A stretch of DNA of 26,794 nucleotides from Chiloscyllium plagiosum (lineage: Eukaryota): contig NC_057760.1 of assembly GCF_004010195.1 (NCBI RefSeq), forward strand, positions 602,432 through 629,225, read 5' to 3'. Shown one piece after another: positions 1 through 11,029 of the stretch. The notes under the pieces were generated by a model. The model searched no databases and was not told the DNA's origin. It worked only from the letters and a program-made list of their open reading frames with translations. Both the position numbers and the translations under genes were made by a program. The first letter of the stretch is position 1, and each line of letters opens with the position of its first letter.

Positions 1-99
1 AATACAGCCCTCGTGTCTTTAAATCTTTCTCCTCTCACCTTAAAAATGTGTCCCCTAGTCTTGAAATCCCCCATCCTTGGGAAAAGACACCTATCATTC

Positions 100-870
100 C
101 TTGGAGTGCAGGTTCAGAGCTCCTTGAAAGTGGAGTCACAGATAGATAAGATAGTAAAGGTGGCATTTGGTATACTTTCCTTTATTGGTCAGAGTATTGA
201 GTATAGGAATTGGGAGGTCATGTTGCAGCTGTACAGGACATTGGTTAGGCCACTTTTGGAATGATGTTGTGAAACTTGAAAAGGTTCAGAAAATATTTCC
301 AAGGATGTTGCCAGGGTTGGAGGATTTGAGCAATAGGGAGAGGTTGAATAGGCTAGGGCTGCTTTCCCTGGAACGAAGGCTGAGGGGTGACCTTATAAAA
401 TCACGGGCATGGATAGGATAAATAAACAAAGTATTTTCAGAACTAGAGGGCATAGGTTTAGAGTGAGAGGGGAAAGATATAAAAGAGACCTAAGGGGCAA
501 TATTTTCATGCTGAGGGTGGTGCTTGTATGGAATAAGCTGCCAGAGGAAATGGTAGAGGCTGGTACAATTATAACTTTTAAAAGGCACCTGGATAGGTAC
601 ATGAATAAGAAGGGTTTAGAGGGACACATGTAAATGGGACTAGATGAATTTAGGATATCTGTTTGGCATGGACAAATTGGGTCGAAGGGTCTGTTTCCAT
701 GCTATACATCTCTATGACTCTATGGTAGAGTCATTAAAAAGTCATTTGCACAGGTTCATGGATAGGGAAATGGGCCAAACACTGGCAAATGGGACTAGTT
801 TGGTTGAGGAACCCTGGCTGGCATGGATGAGTTGGGCTGAAGAGTCTAGTTCCATGCTGTGTGACTCAAG
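100..870 (+). mobile_element. CR1 LINE 3' fragment plus an extra 3' tail (short minus-strand piece at 1-95)
   Basis: Degenerate RT C-terminus (YRTLVRPLLE, LERRLRGDLI, TRGHRFRVRGER) followed by the CR1 tail ending CTATGACTCTA. Confidence 0.9.
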
Positions 871-1021
871 GTTTTAGAGCCACAATCCTTTGTGTAATTT
901 TTAACCCAACAATAATGGAAATGGGGAAACCCATCAGAAATTTACTCCTCGGCTCCACCTGATGGCCAGAACCTGCAACTGTGCTGTCATTTGATTGTTC
1001 TAGAATAAGTTTACAGAGGAA

Positions 1022-1829
1022 GTTAAAAATCATACAACACCAGGTTATAGTCCAACAGGTTTAATTGGAAGCACTAGCTTTCAGAGCGCTGCTCCTTCAT
1101 CAGGTGATTGTGGAGTAGAAGATTGTAAGACACAGAATTTATAGCAAAAGTTTATAGTGTGATGTAACTGAAATTATACATTGGAAAATACCTTGATTGT
1201 TTGTTAAGTCTCTCATCTGTTAGAATGACCATGTTAATTTCACTTCTTTCATAATGTAAGTCACAAAATATTTAAAAGTTACATTCTCAAGTGAAATGGG
1301 ACTAGTTTTGTTGAGGAACACTGGCTAGCATGGCTGAAGTTGAACTGTACTTGTAAAGTTACACTGTACTTTGCTCAAAAACTGCATAAATCCATGTAAG
1401 ATTCTGTTAATTCATTTTTTAGATTAGAATCAGTTTCAGTGTTATGGCACAGACAGCAGCACAGAGGGGTGCTAATACCTAATACATTGTCTGGGCTGAC
1501 ACCAATTGTTAAAGTTCACTTGAGAATGTTACTTTTCAAAAAAAAACGTTTTGTGAAAGAAGTGAAACTAACATGGTTATTCTAACAGATGAGAGACTCA
1601 ACAAACAATCAAGATATTTTTCAATGTATAATTTCAGTTACATCACACTGTAAACTTTTGCTATAAATTCTGTGTCTTACAATTATGTAGTCCACAATAC
1701 CTGATGAAGGAGCAGCGCTCTGAAAGCTAGTGCTTCCAATTAAACCTGTTGGACTATAACCTGGTGTTGTGTGATTTTTAACTTTGTACACCCCACTCCA
1801 ACACCGGCATCTCCAAATCATGACTACCA
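1022..1829. mobile_element. Penelope-like element remnant with inverted terminal repeat arms and 12-bp TSD
   Basis: Inverted arms 1021-1295 and 1515-1783, each with a CTGATGA-stem-GAAA motif. Flanked by TTTACAGAGGAA at 1010-1021 and 1830-1841. Confidence 0.75.
1701..1729 (+). ncRNA. Minimal hammerhead ribozyme-like motif (mirror copy on minus at 1075-1103)
   Basis: CUGAUGA-A-GGAGC-AGC-GCUCU-GAAA-GCUA: core boxes, stem II, palindromic AGCU and an NUH (CUA) site. Confidence 0.55.
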
Positions 1830-1833
1830 TTTA

Positions 1834-1991
1834 CAGAGGAACCATGATTATCCGGCATCCGCTTAATTGAATTTTGGATTATCTGAACAAGATTGCAAAG
1901 TCCCAATGCATGGCTAACTACGTTATCCAAGATTGATTAACCAAACAAAATACTCCCTGCCCGTGTCCTTTGGATAATCGAGGTACCTCTC
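1834..1991. mobile_element. Tc1/mariner-type MITE
   Basis: Imperfect ~20-bp TIRs CAGAGGAACCATGATTATCC / GGATAATCGAGGTACCTCTC, flanked by TA at 1832-33 and 1992-93. Confidence 0.7.
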
Positions 1992-2068
1992 TACATGGGC
2001 TATTTTCAGGTCACATTTTTTCAGCAAGAAAATCAAGCACAGCACTTCAGCATGCTGGGAAGCGCCTA

Positions 2069-2560
2069 AGAGTCATAGAGATGTACAGCATGGAAACAGA
2101 CCCTTCGGTCCAACCCGTTCATGCTGACCAGATATCTCAACCCAATCTAGTCCCACCTGCCAGCACCCGGTCTCCTTCCTATTGGAAAGACGTTGTGAAA
2201 CATGAAAGAGTTCAGAATATATTTACAAGAATGTTGCCAGGGTCGGAGGATTTGATCTATAAGGTGAGGCTGAACAGGCTAGGGCTGTTTTCCCTGGAGT
2301 GTTGGAGGCTGAGGGGTGACCTTATAGAGGTTTACAAAATTATAAGGGGCATGGATAGGATAAATAGACAAAGTCTTTTCCCAGCTAGAGGGCATATGTT
2401 TAGGGTGAGAGGGGAAAGATATAAAAAAGACCCAAGGGGCAACTTTTTCACACAGAGGGTGGTACGTGTTTGGAATGAGCTTCCAGAGGAAGCGGTGGAG
2501 GCTGGTACAATTGGAACATTTAAAAGGCATTTGGATGGGTATATGAATAGGAAGGGTTTG
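2069..2560. mobile_element. CR1 fragments (minus tail ~2069-2170, plus body ~2170-2560)
   Basis: ORF fragment RLNRLGLFSLECWRLRGDLIEVYKI...TFKRHLDGYM. Confidence 0.9.
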
Positions 2561-2871
2561 GCTCACGGCCAAAGTAGTACTGTATCAGGAGTTTAGTAAC
2601 TGTTGTAACATCAGAAACAATGCTAAGATTCTGTGAAAGGTAGAGACCAATTCTTGCATAGAAAGCTCCCATGAACAGCAATCTGTTAGCAACTAGACAA
2701 CATGCCTTTGAAGTGATGCTGGGCACATGCACAGGGACAGCCATTCAGCCCCTTGAGCTATTCTATCCAACCGGGAAGAATTAAAGCAATGATTTTGAAG
2801 TGTGTGTGTTTTTGTGTGGGGGGGTGAGACTTCAGAACTAAGTGGGGGATGGGCAGCAGCCACCAATATGC

Positions 2872-3225
2872 CAGTCATGGAGATGTACAGCCTGGAACAG
2901 ACCCTTCGGTCCAACCCGTCCATACTGACCAGATATCCCAACCCAATCCAGTCCCACCTGCCAGCACCTGGCCCATATCCCTCTAAACCCTTCCTATTCA
3001 TGTCTCTATCCAAATGCCATTTAAATGTTGCAAATGTACCAGCCTCAACCACTTCCTCTGGCAGCTCATGCCATACACGTACCACTCCTCTCTGCATGGA
3101 AAAAGTTGCCCCTTAGGTCTCTTTTATATCTTTTCCCTCTCACCCTAAACCTATGCCCTCTAGTTCTGGACTCCCCCACCCCCGGGAAAAGACTTTGCCT
3201 ATTTATCCTTTCCATGCCTCTCATT
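2872..3225 (-). mobile_element. CR1 3' fragment
   Basis: VRVWHELPEEVVEAGT...GYGPGAGRWD plus the CR1 tail. Confidence 0.9.
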
Positions 3226-3469
3226 AATAAGTCTGATTGTGAATTCAGGAGAAATATTTTTACTCAGTATTGTGGACATCCAGAGGAAATAAAAGTCAGG
3301 ACAAATATCAACAGCTTTCCAGTCACTGATTATATTGAGGGATGTGGGGATAATACAGGAGTATGTGGTTGAGGTGGAGTGAGCAGCCATATCCTAGAAC
3401 AATGCTACAGTTTTATTGGGCCGAATGGCCTCTTCCTATGCAAGTCCCACTGGCTGACCAAGTGATTGG

Positions 3470-3660
3470 ACAAGGTCAGATGTCACATGACACCAGGTCC
3501 CAACAAGTTTATTTGAATTCACAGGCTTTCAGGTGACTTCACCTGTCAAAGGGGCAGCGCTCCAAAAGCTTGTGATTTCAAATAAACATATGGAATATAA
3601 CCAGGTGTTGTGTGACTTCTGACCTTATCCACCCCAGTCCAACACCACCTCCACCTCACA
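3470..3660. mobile_element. Short palindromic PLE-derived element, related to 1022-1829
   Basis: Imperfect inverted repeat (AAGGTCAGA..ACACCAGGT / CCAGGTGTTGTGTGACTTCTGACCTT), a decayed hammerhead-like core at ~3542-3571, and the same CACCCC..TCCAACACC end as 1788-1805. Confidence 0.6.
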
Positions 3661-3679
3661 ACTGACTGGAGACAGGGGC

Positions 3680-4290
3680 TCATAAGTATAGAGGCTGGGA
3701 GGTCATGTTGCAACTATACAGGACATTGTTTAAGCCACCTTTGGGTTACTGCGTTCAATTCTGGACTCCCTGTTGTGAATGTTGGAAGGGTTCAGGTTTA
3801 AGCTATAGAGAGGCTGAGGGTGACCTTATAGAGGTTTATAAAATCATGAGTGGCTCGGATAGGGTGAATAGACAAGGTCTTTCTCCCCAGAGTAGGGGAG
3901 TCCAAATCTACAGGGTATAAGTTTATGGTGAGAGGGTAAAGATTTAAAAGGGACCGAAGGGGCAGCTTTTTCATGCAGAGAGTGGTACATGTATGGCATG
4001 AGCTGCCAGAGGAAGTGGTGGAGGCTGGTACAGTTACAACATTTAAAAGGCTTCTGGATGGGAACATGAATGGGAAGGGTTTAGAGTGACATGTGCCAAA
4101 TACTGGCAAATGGAACTCGATCAATTTAGGATATCTGATCGGCACGGACAAGTTGGGCCGAAGGGTCTGTTTCTATGCCGTACATCTTTATGACTCTAAA
4201 TGGGATTAGATTAATTTTAGGATATCAGGATGGCATGGACAAGATGGACCGAAGGGTCTGTTTCCGCGTTGTACATCTCTCTGACTCTAT
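3680..4290 (+). mobile_element. CR1 3' fragment with duplicated tail
   Basis: MLQLYRTL..YCVQFW, GDLIEVYKIM, and two tandem GGCATGGAC..CCGAAGGGTCTGTTTC-type tails. Confidence 0.9.
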
Positions 4291-5184
4291 CAGTCTTTAT
4301 CTGTCTATGGACGAAGGAGATTCTGCAGGCGTGGCTATTTAAATAACAGAGGGAGGGGACAGATTTGTTTAAATCGTCCTTAAATTTGTCTCACGGATAA
4401 AGGCTGGGTCGAGGATACAAGACCTCTCTCCTGCCTCTGTCTTAGAGAAGGAAAGCAGGTCAGTCTGGCGACATCTCTGTTCTTAGGAGGCACTGGGTGT
4501 GAAAACCGGGTAGAATCTCTTTGTTAAGAGAGAGAGAGACCCATGACACTGAAAAAGGCGGAGCTGTGTCTCTAGCATCTGAAATTTCGGCGAGAGAGAG
4601 GGGGAGGAGGGAATGGGAAACAATAAGTCTACACCAGACACTGAAATAAACGAGGAATCTTCACCCTTTTCAAATTCTGGCAACACGAAGATTTTTTTTA
4701 AATCTCCGAGGAAAGAGGGGATCCCAAACACTTCTACAGAACAATAGAGAGATCTGATGCCTTTGTGGTGAAGCAGGAATGGGATCGACCCCTTTTTTTA
4801 AAAAAAAAGACGAATCAAACTGTTCGAAATCTTCACAATCCATTCCCAAACTATATTTTAAAATTCCAGCAAAACCGACAACTGTAACAACGTCGGAAAC
4901 AGCAACGTCCAAACAAACCCCACCCCCCCACACACAAAAAAAACCAAATGTTTTTGTCTCAAAATATATAAACACCGGTCCACGGGGTTAAACAAAAGAT
5001 TAGAACAAAAGTTAAAAGATATTGATTGGAAACATCAAATTATCTGGACTGGCAAACTCATAAACAAAGGAATTGAGTCCCCATTTGTTTCTCAAAAGAA
5101 AGCTGTGGGATTAAACAGGTTGTAAATTGGGCAGGAGGTTTATGAGTGTAGGTTTGTGTATTTTTTTTTGTTGGTTTTATTTAC

Positions 5185-5275
5185 CTGATTTCAGTTGCTG
5201 TGTGTTTCTTTACCCCCTGTCTCTGAGGCTATCCCACTCCTTTAGCTTGGCTCCTCCGCTCGCTGTCTGATCCTG
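5185..5275 (-). other. Putative non-coding first exon of a minus-strand gene (possibly CIART)
   Basis: Donor CAG|GTAAAT at 5185/5184 just downstream of the E-box/CCAAT cluster. No coding sequence recognised; the 5' boundary is a guess. Confidence 0.4.
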
Positions 5276-5279
5276 GGGA

Positions 5280-5415
5280 AACTGACCAATGTTACCACAC
5301 ACGTGTATGGCTGCATGTAGCAATTCGACCAGAGCACGTGGATCCCCCCTGTGCCCTGCCAGAGGCCGTCTGATTGGCTGCTGCCTGATTGGCTGCTGCG
5401 AATCCAGCCAATCAG
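5280..5415 (-). promoter_or_regulatory. Promoter-like cluster: 2 canonical E-boxes and 4 CCAAT boxes
   Basis: CACGTG at 5300-5305 and 5335-5340. CCAAT/ATTGG at 5286, 5373, 5388 and 5408. This is a unique, CpG-containing island among CR1 repeats. Confidence 0.7.
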
Positions 5416-5544
5416 ACAGGCTGCTTGGAGGCAGCAGACACCACCCCTTTCTTCACCCCTCCCCCGCTCCCGAGGGAGGGGAGACCTGTATCTGTCTATG
5501 TCTGTATCTGTACATGTGTGCAGCCTATTCAGCGTGTTGCAGGG

Positions 5545-6225
5545 TTCGAGGGTGAATTGCCTCGGAGTTTTTCTTTCACTAGAGCGTGGGAGGTTGATGG
5601 GTGACCTTATAGAGGTTTATGAAATCATGAAGGGGCGTGGATAAGGTGAATGAGTTGAATTAGAGTCATAAAGATGTACAACACGGAAATAGACTCTTCA
5701 GTCCAACCTGTCCATGCCGACCAGATATCCCAAGCCTGTCTAGTCCCACATGCCAGCACCCGGCCCATTTCCCTCCAAACCCTTCCTATTCATATACCAT
5801 TGAAATGCATTTTAAATGTTGCAATTGTACCAGCCTCCACCACTTCCTCTGGCAGCTCATTCCATACCTCTACCACCCTCTGAGTGAAAAAGTTTACTTT
5901 AGGTCTTTTTTATATCTCTCACCCTAAACCTATGCCCTCTAGTTCTAGACTCCCCCACTCCAGGGAAAAGATTTGTCTATTTATCCTATGCATGCTCTTC
6001 ATAATTTTGTAAACCTTTATAAGGTCACCCCTCAGCCTCCGACGCTCCAGGGAAAACAGCCTCAGCCTGTTCAGCCTCTTCCCATAGCTCAAATCCTCCA
6101 ACCCTGGCAACATCCTTGTAAATCTTTTCTGAACCCTTTCAAGTTTCACAACATCTTTCCGATAGGAAGGAGACCAGAATTGCACACAATATTCCAACAG
6201 TGGCCTAACCAAAGTCCTGTACTGC
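5545..6225. mobile_element. CR1 fragments (plus ~5545-5650, minus ~5660-6225)
   Basis: VRPLLEYCVQFWSPSYRKDVVKLERVQKRFTRMLPGL on minus. Confidence 0.9.
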
Positions 6226-7164
6226 NNNNNNNNNNNNNNNNNNNNNNNNNNNNNNNNNNNNNNNNNNNNNNNNNNNNNNNNNNNNNNNNNNNNNNNNNNN
6301 NNNNNNNNNNNNNNNNNNNNNNNNNNNNNNNNNNNNNNNNNNNNNNNNNNNNNNNNNNNNNNNNNNNNNNNNNNNNNNNNNNNNNNNNNNNNNNNNNNNN
6401 NNNNNNNNNNNNNNNNNNNNNNNNNNNNNNNNNNNNNNNNNNNNNNNNNNNNNNNNNNNNNNNNNNNNNNNNNNNNNNNNNNNNNNNNNNNNNNNNNNNN
6501 NNNNNNNNNNNNNNNNNNNNNNNNNNNNNNNNNNNNNNNNNNNNNNNNNNNNNNNNNNNNNNNNNNNNNNNNNNNNNNNNNNNNNNNNNNNNNNNNNNNN
6601 NNNNNNNNNNNNNNNNNNNNNNNNNNNNNNNNNNNNNNNNNNNNNNNNNNNNNNNNNNNNNNNNNNNNNNNNNNNNNNNNNNNNNNNNNNNNNNNNNNNN
6701 NNNNNNNNNNNNNNNNNNNNNNNNNNNNNNNNNNNNNNNNNNNNNNNNNNNNNNNNNNNNNNNNNNNNNNNNNNNNNNNNNNNNNNNNNNNNNNNNNNNN
6801 NNNNNNNNNNNNNNNNNNNNNNNNNNNNNNNNNNNNNNNNNNNNNNNNNNNNNNNNNNNNNNNNNNNNNNNNNNNNNNNNNNNNNNNNNNNNNNNNNNNN
6901 NNNNNNNNNNNNNNNNNNNNNNNNNNNNNNNNNNNNNNNNNNNNNNNNNNNNNNNNNNNNNNNNNNNNNNNNNNNNNNNNNNNNNNNNNNNNNNNNNNNN
7001 NNNNNNNNNNNNNNNNNNNNNNNNNNNNNNNNNNNNNNNNNNNNNNNNNNNNNNNNNNNNNNNNNNNNNNNNNNNNNNNNNNNNNNNNNNNNNNNNNNNN
7101 NNNNNNNNNNNNNNNNNNNNNNNNNNNNNNNNNNNNNNNNNNNNNNNNNNNNNNNNNNNNNNNN
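6226..7164. other. Assembly gap (other gaps at 10096-10103 and 14641-14798)
   Basis: Runs of N. Confidence 1.
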
Positions 7165-7522
7165 CACAGCAGGTCAGGCAGTATCCAAGGAGCAGGAAAA
7201 TCGACGTTTCGGACCGGAGCCCTTCATCAGGAATGAGGCTGGCAACCCAGGGGGTGGAGAGATAATTGGGAGGGGTGGGGCTGGGGGAGAAGGTAGCTGA
7301 GAGTGCAATAGGTTGATGGAGGTGGGGGTAAAGGTGATAGGTCGGAGAGGAGGGTGGAGCGGATAGGTGGGAAGGAAGATTGACAAGTGGGATAGGTCAT
7401 GATGGTGCTGAGCTGAAAGGTTGGAACTGGGGTAAGGTAGGGGGAGGGGAAATGAAGAAACTGGTGAAGTCCACATTGATGCCATGGGGTTGAATGGTTC
7501 TGAGGTGGAAGATGAGGCATCC
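7165..7522 (-). mobile_element. Penelope-like element 3' end (GIY-YIG C-terminus plus terminal repeat)
   Basis: Minus strand encodes LIFHLRTIQPHGINVDFTSF, resembling the PLE endonuclease C-terminal LIF.LGT..P.G.N motif. It is followed by a pyrimidine-rich UTR and a hammerhead core. Confidence 0.75.
7203..7230 (-). ncRNA. Minimal hammerhead ribozyme-like motif
   Basis: CUGAUGA-A-GGGC-UCCG-GUCC-GAAA-CGUC: stem II, palindromic ACGU and a GUC cleavage triplet. Confidence 0.6.
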
Positions 7523-7526
7523 CATT

Positions 7527-10500
7527 TAGAGTCATACAGCACAGAAACAGACCCTTCAGTCCAACTCATCCATGCTGGCCAGATATCCAAAATTAATAGA
7601 GTCATAGTCATTGAGATGCACAGCACAGAAACAGACCATTCAGTCCAACCAAGCCCACACTGAACATAATCCCAGACTAAACTAGTCCCATCTGCCTGCT
7701 CCTGGCCCATATCCCTCCAAACCTTTCCTGTTCATGTACTTATCCAAATGTCTTTTAAATGTTGTCACTGTACCCACATTCACCACTTCCTCAGGAAGTT
7801 CGTTCTACACATGAACCATTCTGTGTTTAAAAAAATGCCCCTCGTGCCTTTTTAAATCTCTCACCTTCACCTTAAAAGTATGCCCCCTCGTTGTGAACTC
7901 CCCCATCCTAGGGAAGAGAAAACGACCATCAACTCTCTCTATACCCCTCGTTATTTTATACGCTCCTATAAGGTCACCTCGCAACCTCCTACACCCCAGT
8001 GAAAAGATAGGCTGAGTCTTTTTTCACTGGAGCATAGAAGGTTGAGGGGTGACCTTATGGAAGTTTATAAAATAATGAGGGGTACAGATAAGGCGAAAGG
8101 AAGGTGTCCTTTTCCTATGGTGGGAGATTTCAAGACTAGGGGGCATACTTTTAAGGTGAGAGGAGAAAGATTTAAAAAAGACATGTGGGGCAACTCTTTC
8201 AAACAAAGAATAGTTCGTGTGTTGAATGAATTTCCATGGGGAGTGAAGAATGCAGGTACAGTGACGACGTTTAAAAGATATTTGGATAAGTACGTGAATA
8301 GGAATGGTTTGGAGGGATATGGGCCAAGCACAGGCAGGTGGGAGTATTTAATATGGGATTATTATTGGCATGGACTGGTTGAGCTGAACTGTCTGTTTCT
8401 GTGCTGTTGCTATATGTCTCTCTCTGTATCTGTGCTTGTCGATATCTCTGTGTGTCTGTGTTTGTATCTGTACGTATACAGTTCTGGTCACCCTTCTATA
8501 GAAAGGATTTTATTAAACTAGAAAGATTGCAGAAAAGACTTACTAGGATGTTACCTGGACTGGAAGATTTGAGTTATAAAGATAGGCTGGGACTTTTTTC
8601 CCTGGAGCGTAGGAGATTGAGGAGTGACCTTAAAGAGGTCTATAAAATGAGGAGAGGCGTAGATAGCTAATAACTCTTCCCCGTGGTAAGGGAGTCTAAC
8701 ACTACAGGGCATAGATTTCAGGTGAGAGGGGAGAGATACAAAAGGGTTCAGAGGGACAATTTTTTTCACACAGAGGTTGGTGTGTGTCTGGAACAGTATT
8801 GGTGGTGATAAGTATAATTTTGCCATTTAAGAAATATCTGGTCAGATAAATGGATGGGATAGATATGGAGGGATATGGACCAAACACAGGCAAGTGGGAC
8901 TAGATTCATTGTGAAAACTGGGCAGCATGGACAAGTTGGACCAAATGGCCATTTTCCATGCTATAGACCTCTATGATTCTATCATAGAGATGTACAGCAC
9001 AGAAACAGACCCTCCAGTCATCTGCACTGACCAGACATCCTAATCTGACCTAAACCCATTTGCCAACGTTTGGCCCACATCCCTCTAAACCTTTCCTACT
9101 TATACCCATCCAGATGCCTTTAAAATGCTTTTAAATTGTACCAGCCTCCACCACTTCCTCTGGCAGCTCGTTCCATTCACGCACCACCCTCTGCATGAAA
9201 ACGTTGCCCCTTAGGTCCCTTTTAAATCTTTCCCCTCTCACCTTAAACCTATGCCCTCTAGTTTTGAACTCCCCTGCCCTGGGGGGAAAAAAAAGACCTT
9301 GGCTATTCACCCTATCCAAGTATCCCAGAAGCCTTCTTAATCATTTCATTGACCTGTCCTGCCACTTTCGGGGATCTGCAGATATACACACTAAGGTTCC
9401 TTTGTTCCATCAGAACCTTCCAGGGTCTTCCCATCACTCGCCTTGTTAGTCCTCCCTGAGTGCAGTACCTCACACTTGGGTGTTGAATTTCACTTACCAG
9501 TGCTCTGTCCATCGGAGCAGTCTGTTGATATCCTCCTGTAGTTTACTAATACCAATATCTATGTGTCTGCCTAGATCTGTACGCCAGTGTCTCTGTCTGT
9601 ATCGGTGTACTTCATCTGGGCTGAGGGGTGGCAGATGCAGTTTAAGTCAAAGAAACGTGAGGTGCTGCATTTTGGGAAAGCAAACCAGGACTTGTACACT
9701 TAATGGTAAGGGTGTGGGGAGTGTTGCTGAACAAAGAGACCTTCGGGGTGCAGATTCATAGTTCCCTGAACGTTACGACAGAATTGTGAAGAAGGCATTT
9801 AGTACGCTTGCCTTTACTGGGCATTGCAATGGGTACAGGAGTTGGAAGGTCGTGTTGGGGCTCTACAGGAAATTGGTGAGGCCACTTTTGGAATACTGTG
9901 TTCAATTCTGGTTTCCTTGCTATAATCAACTAGGAGAAAGTCAGGACTGCAGATGCTGGAGATCAGAGTCAAAGAGTGTGGCGCTGGAAAAGCACAGCCT
10001 GTCAAGCAGCATCCGAGGAGCAGGAGAGTCAACGTTTCCGACATAAGCCCTTCATCAGGAATGAGGTTTGTGGCCCAAGGGGGCTGACGGATAAANNNNN
10101 NNNGGGAAAGATTTAAAAGGGACCGAAGGGGCAACTTTTTCACGCAGAGGGTGGTGCGTGTGTGGAAGGAGCTGCCAGAGGAAGTAGTGGAAGCTGGTAC
10201 AATTACATTCAAAAGGCATCTGGATGGGTAGATGAAGGTTTGGGGGGGCGGTGATGTTATAGGTCGGAGAGGAGGCTGGAGCAGACAGGTGGGAAGGAAG
10301 ATGGACAGATAGAACTGTTCAAGAGGCAGATGCCAAGTTGGGAGGTTGGGACTGGAGAAGAGGTGAAATGGGGAAATGTACTCTCCTTGCTAATGGAAGG
10401 ATGTCGTGAAAGAGTTCAGACAAGATTTACAACGACATTACTGAGGTTGGAGGGTTTGAGCTGTAGGGAGAGGCTGGGGCTGTTTTCCCTGGAGCGTCAG

Positions 10501-11000
10501 AGGCTGATAGGTGACCTTGTAGAGTTTTATAAATCATTAGGGGGGCATGGATAGGGTGAATAGCCAAGGTCTTTCTCCCCCAGAATAGGGGAGTCCAAAG
10601 CTAGAGGGCATAAGTTTGAGGTAAATCATAAAATCATAGAGATCTACAGAATGGAAGCAGGCCCTTCGGCCCAACTTTGCCATGCCACCCAGTTTTCATG
10701 CAAATTAGTCCCATTTGCCTGTGTTTGGTCCATATCCCTACATACCTATCCTATCCATGTGCCCACTCTTAATGTTTCTTAAATGGCAAAATTGTACTCA
10801 CTTCCAACACCACCTCCAGCAGCCCGTTCCAGACACTCACCACCCCCTGTATGGGGATGAACGCCCCTCTGCATCCTTTTGTATCTCTTCCCCCCCTCAC
10901 CTTAAACCCTTTTGCCCTTTAGTTTTCAGCTCCCCTACCCTGGGGAAAAGCTGTCAGCTATCTACCTCATCTATGCCCCTCATGATTTTATAGACCTCTG
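7527..11000. mobile_element. Dense cluster of CR1 3' fragments in alternating orientation
   Basis: Approximate pieces: 7527-8005(-), 8008-8410(+), 8475-8980(+), 8980-9550(-), 9620-9925(+), 10104-10235(+), 10395-10625(+), 10630-11000(-). All show CR1 RT-tail peptides or tails. Confidence 0.85.
9925..10380 (-). mobile_element. PLE terminal-repeat fragment (same family as 7165-7522), interrupted by a gap and a CR1 piece
   Basis: CACAGC..GGAGCAGGAGAGTCAACGTTTC..CCCTTCATCAGGAAT parallels 7165-7235, with a hammerhead-like core at 10031-10058. 10255-10380 parallels 7335-7455. Confidence 0.7.
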
Positions 11001-11029
11001 CTCTTCATATGAGTCAAAAAGAGAAACGT

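Noticed and set aside
1970..2596. 208-aa ORF as a functional RT gene
   Set aside because: A chimera of MITE end, unique sequence, antisense CR1 tail and a truncated CR1 C-terminus, starting at TTG.
2520..2790. Unique stretch / 74-aa minus ORF as a CIART coding exon
   Set aside because: No resemblance to CIART or any protein I recognise.
5973..7265. 430-aa and 320-aa ORFs
   Set aside because: They read through an N gap; the flanks are CR1 and PLE sequence.
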